The position numbers and the translations under genes were made by a program. Shown one piece after another: positions 58,501 to 64,000 of a DNA stretch of 64,000 nucleotides; position 1 is the first letter of the stretch, and each line of letters starts with the position of its first letter. The notes beneath the pieces were generated by a model that had not been told where the DNA came from, did no database searches, and saw only the letters and a program-made list of their open reading frames with translations. Location: the NCBI GenBank assembly GCA_031370005.1, contig JANMPT010000077.1:64001-128000 (forward strand), given 5' to 3'. The DNA comes from Bdellovibrionales bacterium. Its GTDB lineage: Bacteria; Bdellovibrionota; Bdellovibrionia; Bdellovibrionales; Bdellovibrionaceae.

Positions 58501-58775
58501 TAAAAATTTCCGCCACCCACCAAGACGCTGGCATTATCGAGTATGATGATTACTTGGGAAAACAAGAAACTCTATGGCAAAAAATTTCGATAAATGCCAT
58601 GGCTCAATCCTTTATTCAGTTACCAGAGCTTGTTGTGCTCAACGGCCAAGAGACTCAAACAATTCGTTTCCAAAAAGGCGATGGCACTGATAACTTAATT
58701 TTGTATGCCCCACAAAACAAAACGGCAACGGACTGTTTAATTTTTGAGCCAGACTTCGAGTCTTCAAAAAAATGA
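55578..58775 (+). CDS. S8 subtilisin-like serine protease with PA domain (probable lipoprotein)
   Basis: IIDTGID, HGTHVAG, SGTSMS triad; ALIDRG PA domain; TAGC lipobox. Confidence 0.92.
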   Translation: MRGKMSRLNFGILKTVLKYPKEVFTYTLSIFFTAGCTVSAPSHNEFSKFGFMEGIYATRPQTTNPLITTLKLKNPALLETAERQNGVLSIDKELAQAIQNEQMATIIELQKISPEIKVLIRFRLVLNALTILAPAEAMDKIKTLTNVIASEKSGNFASPQPLFSAEGQAAVVKTNFAANTSVKFIGTEAAYAQNIHGEGMRVGIIDTGIDYTHKIFLGEGTKLAYQNNKPALPNAGFPNQKVVGGIDLVGTEYDTNSPNFAKHIPVPDLNPLDEAGHGTHVAGTVAGIGDNINTYSGVAPGAELYAIKVFGARGSTSDEVVIAALEYAADPSADLSFKEQLDVVNLSLGSGYGSSHTMYNQAVRNLSRSGTVVVASAGNSGNKSYITGAPAVIDEAISVASSIDNMNQNILFATAQFSFVNSVDSANEVLNAEIVEGLVTKPLIEVTTLKAKVIALGFADTDFEQALKDQIKGNVALIDRGIVGFSDKIKRAQEAGAIGVIVINNVDGDPIAMGGEGKFDIPAVMITQSAGATLKIKLAAGLVFVDMKSAAMMEKPWLIDTISEFSSRGPRSEDGMIKPEITAPGSNIISAAFGSGEKSISMSGTSMSSPHIAGAMALLKQKHRELSTQELKSLLMGHGKVISDTDRKAYSVSRQGAGRVQIASSIDAKLVSLPASLSFGIVDIENQKTISKDITLKNISKESLSLKPEWNGTAELIFSANSLTLAPGESKTISVTMKVLASEIKSTNDELDGFVKFNIDDENADNEAAIQIPVLIIARQISQISAKSLLIHTNNMAEITIQNTGLNKGAAYLFNLLGNDAAKKPSLPDALASNRNCDMQSAGYRIIEKDGSHILQVAVKLYEPMTTWNTCEVNVQIDNNNDHQVDQEIVGAPMSRLPGLAGDTFVSLLLNANKAREIRRQFEVDITGKAKDVKEDYTKAILDQRTMQVVDGSTLAIIEANISQLTMTSTNELNIKISATHQDAGIIEYDDYLGKQETLWQKISINAMAQSFIQLPELVVLNGQETQTIRFQKGDGTDNLILYAPQNKTATDCLIFEPDFESSKK

Positions 58776-59836
58776 ACATCCAAAAAACTCTTGCAACCTC
58801 ACTGAAGCCCCTTCCGCCCTCTGATAAATTGGGTTTTGGCCAATTTTTTACTGACCATATGTTTGTGGCAAAGTTTCGCCAAGGTCAGGGCTGGTATGAG
58901 GCAAAAATTCAACCTTATGGGCCACTAAATCTGGATCCTGCCGCTTCGGTTTTCCACTACGGCCAAGCTTTGTTTGAGGGAATGAAAGCCTTCCGCCAAA
59001 GTGATGAAAAAATTGTATTCTTCCGTCCAGAGTTCAATCATAAACGCTTGGTGGATGGAGCAGAACGCCTTTGCCTCGAAGCTCCACCTAAAGAACTTTT
59101 CATGCAAGCTATCCAGGAGCTTGTGTCTGTGGACGAAAGATGGATCCCAAACGCGACAAATACGTCTTTGTATATTCGCCCGACTTTGATTGGAACTGAA
59201 GCCTTCCTCGGCGTACGACCTTCCCACGAGACCACTTTCTTTATATTACTTTCTCCCGTAGGTTCATATTATAGTGAGGGAACTCAGCCGATTAAAATTT
59301 GGACTGAGGAAAAATATCTGCGTGCAGCTCCTGGAGGCTTGGGCGCGGTGAAGGCCGGCGCGAACTATGCCTCTAGCCTTAAAGCGGCATATGAAAGCAA
59401 AGAGAAAGGTTATTCCCAAGTTTTATGGCTCGATGTAGACCACGAGGGTATTGAAGAAGTCGGCACCATGAATGTATTCTTTGTCTTTGATAATGAGATT
59501 GTGACGCCGGCTCTGAATGGCAGCATTTTGTCAGGTGGAACTCGCGATGCAATCATTCATATTTTAAAATCAAAAAAACTTCCCATTGTTGAACGACGAG
59601 TCACCATCACAGAGGTCATCGACAAACTTCAAGCCGGAAAACTGCGCGAAGCATTTGGAACAGGAACTGCAGCAGTGATTTCACCGATTGGTGTACTATC
59701 ATACAAAAACAAAGAGTGGATCATCAATAATAACGAAAATGGACCTTTAAGCCTGGAACTCTATAATCAAATCAATTCCATTCAACGTGGAACATCTCCA
59801 GATCCATTTCATTGGATTCTGCCGCTTAAAAAATGA
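58772..59836 (+). CDS. ilvE: branched-chain amino acid aminotransferase
   Basis: FTDHM, HYGQALFEGMKA, LYIRP, KAGANY, EEVGTMN, GTGTAAVI. Confidence 0.95.
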   Translation: MNIQKTLATSLKPLPPSDKLGFGQFFTDHMFVAKFRQGQGWYEAKIQPYGPLNLDPAASVFHYGQALFEGMKAFRQSDEKIVFFRPEFNHKRLVDGAERLCLEAPPKELFMQAIQELVSVDERWIPNATNTSLYIRPTLIGTEAFLGVRPSHETTFFILLSPVGSYYSEGTQPIKIWTEEKYLRAAPGGLGAVKAGANYASSLKAAYESKEKGYSQVLWLDVDHEGIEEVGTMNVFFVFDNEIVTPALNGSILSGGTRDAIIHILKSKKLPIVERRVTITEVIDKLQAGKLREAFGTGTAAVISPIGVLSYKNKEWIINNNENGPLSLELYNQINSIQRGTSPDPFHWILPLKK

Positions 59837-61392
59837 CGTAACCATCTGATCAAAACCCTGGCCTCATCCACCTTGAGAGCTAAATTCATCACAACATAGG
59901 ACAAGACTCCTAATAAAATAGTAGCAGTCAGAACCAGACTTTTAATTATAGGTTTTTCACCAAAAAAAGCCAGTGACGGAGAATAAATTTGTACAACTAA
60001 AACCATCACAAGGCCTGATATTATAAATTTCCAAGCCTGTTTTACTAGAATGGAATAATCAAAAAAGCCTACCCACTTTGGATAAAGGCTTAACAGCAAA
60101 GCAATATTCAATGTGGCGCTAATGAAAGAAGATAGAACCAAGCCCTCAAGCCCCAAATTTTTCATAAGTAAAGGGGCTAAGCCTACGTGGGTCATCAACG
60201 ATAGGATCGAAGCAATGGCGGGGAGCCAGGTGTTTTTAGCCGCATAGTAGGCCGGAACGAGGACCCGCGCACAACTTGTAGAAATCAAAAGTCCGGAGTA
60301 AATTCTTAAAATCGAAGCCGTCGCCTCGACATCCTCATTAGTGAATCTGCCATGCAAAAAGAGAACTTCTATAATCGGCCCAGCTAAGAAATATAAACCA
60401 AATGCCGCCGGAATGGTGACAAAAAGATTCAACCGCAAATAAGAGTTTAGTGTCTCTGACATTTGCTCCCGGTGCCCGTGACTCCAAAGCATGGACAAAA
60501 TTGGCAACAAGGCTGTCCCCAGGCTAACTGAAATTAATGAAAGCGGTAGCTCCAACAGGCGATCCGCCCAGTAAATATAGGAAATTGCACCTACAGCAAG
60601 GCCACTGGCATATTTTAAATTCACAATGGATGTAAATTGCAAAAGGCCCATCCCGAGAAGCCCCGGTAACATATTGCGAAGCACCCGGCGAATATCTTCA
60701 TTCAATCCACGCCACACAAAACGCGGCATTGCCCCAAGTTTGATCAAGGCAGGAACCAGAATGCCCACCTGTAAGACCCCACCCACTAAGACACCCCAAG
60801 CAAGGCCATCTCCTTCAGCAGGAAAATAAAGACCTGGAATCAGAGTTGAGGTTATCATGGATAGGTTAAAAAGTGTCGGGGCCATAGCCGACAAAGCAAA
60901 TTTCCCTAGGGCGTTTAAAATCCCCATAAAGTAGGCATAGGTCGAGATAAAAAAGATAAAGCCAAACATGATCCGAGCCATGCGAACTGTGATTGCAAAT
61001 CGCTCAGGCCCATAATCAGCGTCCAAAAGGAGCCTCATAATCGGATCGACAAAAAGAACTCCCAAACCCGTTATAGTTGCTAAAAAAACCAATAGAAGAG
61101 TATAAAAACCATTTGCCAAGTTCTGAGCCCGCTCTTGAGAGTCTATTCGCGCCTCTACAAAGACGGGAATAAAACTCCCTGCCAGAGACCCCTCGCTAAG
61201 TAACCTCCTGAAAAGATTGGGAAGTCGAAAGGCAGCCGTCCATGCGTCAGTAATTGTGGGGCTGAAGAGTGCAGCAAGTGCCATATCACGCAATAGCCCC
61301 AAAATTCGGCTTGAAAAAGTACCCAAGGCCATGCTTAAAGCATGACGAGCCACTTTTTTCGATACTTCTTTGCTTGAAACAGCGGAAGCCAT
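59809..61392 (-). CDS. murJ: lipid II flippase MurJ (MviN)
   Basis: SRILGLLRD, AFRLPNLFRRL.SEG, ADRLLELP. Confidence 0.95.
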   Translation of the reverse strand: MASAVSSKEVSKKVARHALSMALGTFSSRILGLLRDMALAALFSPTITDAWTAAFRLPNLFRRLLSEGSLAGSFIPVFVEARIDSQERAQNLANGFYTLLLVFLATITGLGVLFVDPIMRLLLDADYGPERFAITVRMARIMFGFIFFISTYAYFMGILNALGKFALSAMAPTLFNLSMITSTLIPGLYFPAEGDGLAWGVLVGGVLQVGILVPALIKLGAMPRFVWRGLNEDIRRVLRNMLPGLLGMGLLQFTSIVNLKYASGLAVGAISYIYWADRLLELPLSLISVSLGTALLPILSMLWSHGHREQMSETLNSYLRLNLFVTIPAAFGLYFLAGPIIEVLFLHGRFTNEDVEATASILRIYSGLLISTSCARVLVPAYYAAKNTWLPAIASILSLMTHVGLAPLLMKNLGLEGLVLSSFISATLNIALLLSLYPKWVGFFDYSILVKQAWKFIISGLVMVLVVQIYSPSLAFFGEKPIIKSLVLTATILLGVLSYVVMNLALKVDEARVLIRWLRHFLSGRIQ

Positions 61393-61440
61393 GTGTTATC
61401 ACCTGTGTTCGTTTAAAAAGCTTAGTGTGGAGGTTATCCC

Positions 61441-61710
61441 TTGGCAAATCATAAGTCTGCAGCAAAAAGAGCCCGTCAAACAACTCGTAGAACGGCTGTT
61501 AACAGCAAACGTAAGGGCACTGTTCGTACAGAAGAAAAAAAACTCGTTAAGGCACTAGATGCAAAAAACATCAAAGAGCTTCCAAGCTTGTTGAGCGCTT
61601 TAACTAGTAAATTGACTCGCGCTGCTCAAAAGGGTGTTTTCGGAAAAAACACAGCTTCACGTAAAATCGGCCGTCTCTCTGCCCGCGTTCAAGCCCTCAT
61701 GTCGAAGTAA
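61441..61710 (+). CDS. rpsT: 30S ribosomal protein S20 (TTG start)
   Basis: MANHKSAAKRARQ..KG..KNTASRK; GGAGG SD. Confidence 0.97.
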   Translation: MANHKSAAKRARQTTRRTAVNSKRKGTVRTEEKKLVKALDAKNIKELPSLLSALTSKLTRAAQKGVFGKNTASRKIGRLSARVQALMSK

Positions 61711-61726
61711 TAGTTTTTATTTAGTT

Positions 61727-62110
61727 TTATATTTTTAACGATATAGTCCGAGCTGATACAAAGGCTCGGATTTGTCGTTTAAAGGTCAATGGAACCTCTC
61801 CAAAAGAAATCCCATGAACGACCACACCCTGTTTGGCGTTCACAGACTTAACTAGTCCGCGCAAAGTCACAAAGGTCCCCTTCGGAATTTGGAAACACAA
61901 AACAAGCTCACGCCCCTCAGTTAAGGCATAATCGCTGAGAATGGACATCCCGCCTTCGCCAATTTCGCCTGAGTTGCAAATAAAATATTTTCCGCCGAAA
62001 AGCACGCCCACCTTTTTTTCTAGTGTTCGTCGTGGAAATCTTCGTCGGAAACCGCCCTTGTCATCAAAGCCTGTCATACTGGACGTATCGGCTTTTTGAT
62101 CTGAAAACAT
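61727..62110 (-). CDS. stand-alone PilZ domain protein
   Basis: RRRFPR motif; variant EIGEGG second motif; GISF. Confidence 0.8.
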   Translation of the reverse strand: MFSDQKADTSSMTGFDDKGGFRRRFPRRTLEKKVGVLFGGKYFICNSGEIGEGGMSILSDYALTEGRELVLCFQIPKGTFVTLRGLVKSVNAKQGVVVHGISFGEVPLTFKRQIRAFVSARTISLKI

Positions 62111-62114
62111 AAGC

Positions 62115-63146
62115 CTAGATCTTGAGCCAGTCGCTTTCTAAGCCTGTTTGGCTGCATGCCTTTAGCACCAGGTTTTCAAGCCAAATATGAGAGGATAAAG
62201 GAGACGATTTCAAAGCTTTATCCGTCTCTGCTAAAATCAACAAGGTATGTTCAAGCTTCTTTACTGCCCACAATCGACTTTGCATCACATAGTTATCCAA
62301 GAAATAAGGGGACACCTGCGCCGCCTGAGCAAGCTTCGTTCCAGTAAGGCCCTGTTCAAGTCCCCGCTTTATTGTAAGTAGCAAGCGAATATGACGAGCT
62401 AACAAAGATACAATCCCGATTTCACTCTGGCCTTGATCCAATAAATGAACCAAGTGTTCCAAAGCTCGTACGCGATTGTTTTCGCCAATGGCGCGGGTAA
62501 AATCAAAAACATTCTCTTCTTTTGAGCGAGAAACCACTTGTGCCACATCGCTGATCTCAATGCGCTTTCTAGCTCCGACAAAATTGGCAAGCTTGCGAAG
62601 CTCTGTTTCAATCTCAGAAAGATGACTGCCGGCAAGCTTTGCTAAAAGCAAAACAGCGTCTTCTGCAATATCTAGCCCCAAGGTTTCAGCAATGTGTTTC
62701 ACCCAACCCGGAATCTGATTATCATAAGGTTTTTTGAACTCTACGCAGTCGGCAGTTTCAAGCATTAAACGAATTTGTTTTTTACGTTTATCAATACGCG
62801 AAGCAAGAAGCACGAAGACAGTGCTATCCACAGGAGTCGTGATTAAACTATCTAAATCTGACCACTCACGATCCGTAAGCTCTTGTGCTTCCTTCAAGAT
62901 CACCAAACGCCTTGGTACCATCATAGGCAAAGTTTCAACTGCATTACGAACATCCGAAATATCTGCGTCTGATGCATAGAACAAAGAATAGTTGAAATCG
63001 ATATCGCCCTCGGCAAGGACTGCATACTTAAAACGATCGACGCATTGATTGAGAAGATAAGGCTCATCCCCAAATAAGAAGTATAACGGAGAGAGCTGAC
63101 CCTTCTCCAGTTTACTATAAAACTTTTGAGCATCAATTAAAGCCAC
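62115..63146 (-). CDS. holA: DNA polymerase III delta subunit
   Basis: YFLFGDEPY, LPMM..RLVI, ELRKL, D.ALKS; follows lptE. Confidence 0.93.
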   Translation of the reverse strand: MALIDAQKFYSKLEKGQLSPLYFLFGDEPYLLNQCVDRFKYAVLAEGDIDFNYSLFYASDADISDVRNAVETLPMMVPRRLVILKEAQELTDREWSDLDSLITTPVDSTVFVLLASRIDKRKKQIRLMLETADCVEFKKPYDNQIPGWVKHIAETLGLDIAEDAVLLLAKLAGSHLSEIETELRKLANFVGARKRIEISDVAQVVSRSKEENVFDFTRAIGENNRVRALEHLVHLLDQGQSEIGIVSLLARHIRLLLTIKRGLEQGLTGTKLAQAAQVSPYFLDNYVMQSRLWAVKKLEHTLLILAETDKALKSSPLSSHIWLENLVLKACSQTGLESDWLKI

Positions 63147-63186
63147 TTGATATTCCCTGTAAACTTGCTGCTAATATAACACATAC

Positions 63187-63798
63187 TTAGAAGTTCTCAG
63201 TAATTCGATCATGAGCTTCAGCCATCATATCGCTGGCAACAGAGTCAATATTTTGCCTACGCGCCGAAAGATTGTAAAGTGGATTCACGGAATTAACACC
63301 AGCAAGCGTGACAAGAGGGGCATTGTAAGTGCGCTCTCCAGTAAAACCACCGGACCAAATTTGGGTGTTATCAGATTGGCGAACAATACTTACTTTCACA
63401 GAGACAAGAATACGATAGTCTGATGCCAGCACAGCACCTCTCGGAAGATAGGGGGCTGATGACTCACCCGCTGTACGCTTTGTTCCAGGAAGATACTGAA
63501 TGGATTCCACTACTCCAATGATTTTTACATCTGAAAGGTTTTCGGACGTAACCTTCCCGACCTTTGAGCGTTCAAATTCTTGAATTAAAGCATTGGTGAA
63601 GCCCACCTCAATACCGGTTTCTTGAGTGCTATTTTTAAAAATTGGAATAGATAAATACTTATAACCACCGCCAGGAAGACTGCGGCTTGATGTGCCAATT
63701 CGATAGGCGCAACCACTCAGTAATAATAAACCTAATATCAAAAATCTTGAAGTATTCACAGGATTAGTTGAGTATAGCAGAGTTGAACATTCAAGCAA
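63187..63798 (-). CDS. lptE: LPS assembly lipoprotein LptE-like (true start probably near 63762)
   Basis: Lipobox LSGC-AY, IPIFKN.T; position upstream of holA. Confidence 0.8.
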   Translation of the reverse strand: MLECSTLLYSTNPVNTSRFLILGLLLLSGCAYRIGTSSRSLPGGGYKYLSIPIFKNSTQETGIEVGFTNALIQEFERSKVGKVTSENLSDVKIIGVVESIQYLPGTKRTAGESSAPYLPRGAVLASDYRILVSVKVSIVRQSDNTQIWSGGFTGERTYNAPLVTLAGVNSVNPLYNLSARRQNIDSVASDMMAEAHDRITENF

Positions 63799-63820
63799 GA
63801 AATGACCGAAAGAGCTAGAA

Positions 63821-64000
63821 ATGAACTCTCATGACCAGCCACAACAAGAACTAAAACTCGATCCAGCCCAAGATTATAGCCTTCTTGCACCGGGCCCAGT
63901 AAATCTGCATCCTGAGGTTCGCAAAGCTCTGGCTTTACCTATGATCCATCATCGTACGCCAGAGTTCGATAAGATTTTAACTCGCGTCTTTATGGGCTTA
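63821..64000 (+). CDS. class V PLP-dependent aminotransferase (3'-truncated by window edge)
   Basis: Hand translation LLAPGPV..EVRKAL..PMIHHRTPEF. Confidence 0.85.
   Translation, partial: MNSHDQPQQELKLDPAQDYSLLAPGPVNLHPEVRKALALPMIHHRTPEFDKILTRVFMGL

Overview
A 64-kb chromosomal segment of a compact, moderately AT-rich bacterium. It is most likely a Bdellovibrionota member (Bdellovibrio-like); this is inferred from a BbFPN-like ferroportin, TPR-wHTH and PilZ proteins, sigma28-type promoters and gene order. Left arm (1-10.2 kb): housekeeping genes, namely an Na/Pi cotransporter, the minus-strand run queA-tgt-yajC-secD-secF-recJ-queC-DUF366, an unannotated 56-aa ORF with a structured leader, and tRNA-Leu(GAG). 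An accessory region follows the tRNA (about 10.2-25 kb, possibly to about 34.5 kb). It holds a heavy-metal efflux operon with an unusual make-up: His-rich RPP-ended leader, HME-RND pump, small His protein, TolC and a decayed ferroportin, with no membrane-fusion protein. It also holds a degenerate tRNA 3'-end next to an integrase relic, relics of a CD-NTase, an SDR, a papain-like protease and a VapC, plus an intact RHH/RelE toxin-antitoxin pair and a Fic gene with an operator repeat array. Next come a divergent TPR-wHTH regulator / nitroreductase / FeeM-PilZ N-acyl amino acid synthase module and a two-component cluster. Right arm: a lytic transglycosylase, envelope enzymes, greB, a FecR-FN3 / outer-membrane barrel / class III adenylate cyclase operon, a CheB-CheR-HK hybrid, a subtilase, ilvE, murJ, rpsT, a PilZ protein, holA, lptE and the start of a class V aminotransferase. 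Best candidates for undescribed systems: (i) the c-di-GMP-gated acyl-amino-acid synthase module, (ii) the efflux operon lacking a membrane-fusion protein, with ferroportin and a possible arrest-peptide leader, (iii) the trans-envelope cAMP operon, (iv) DUF366 coupled to queC. All family calls are by motif recognition only; no searches were run.
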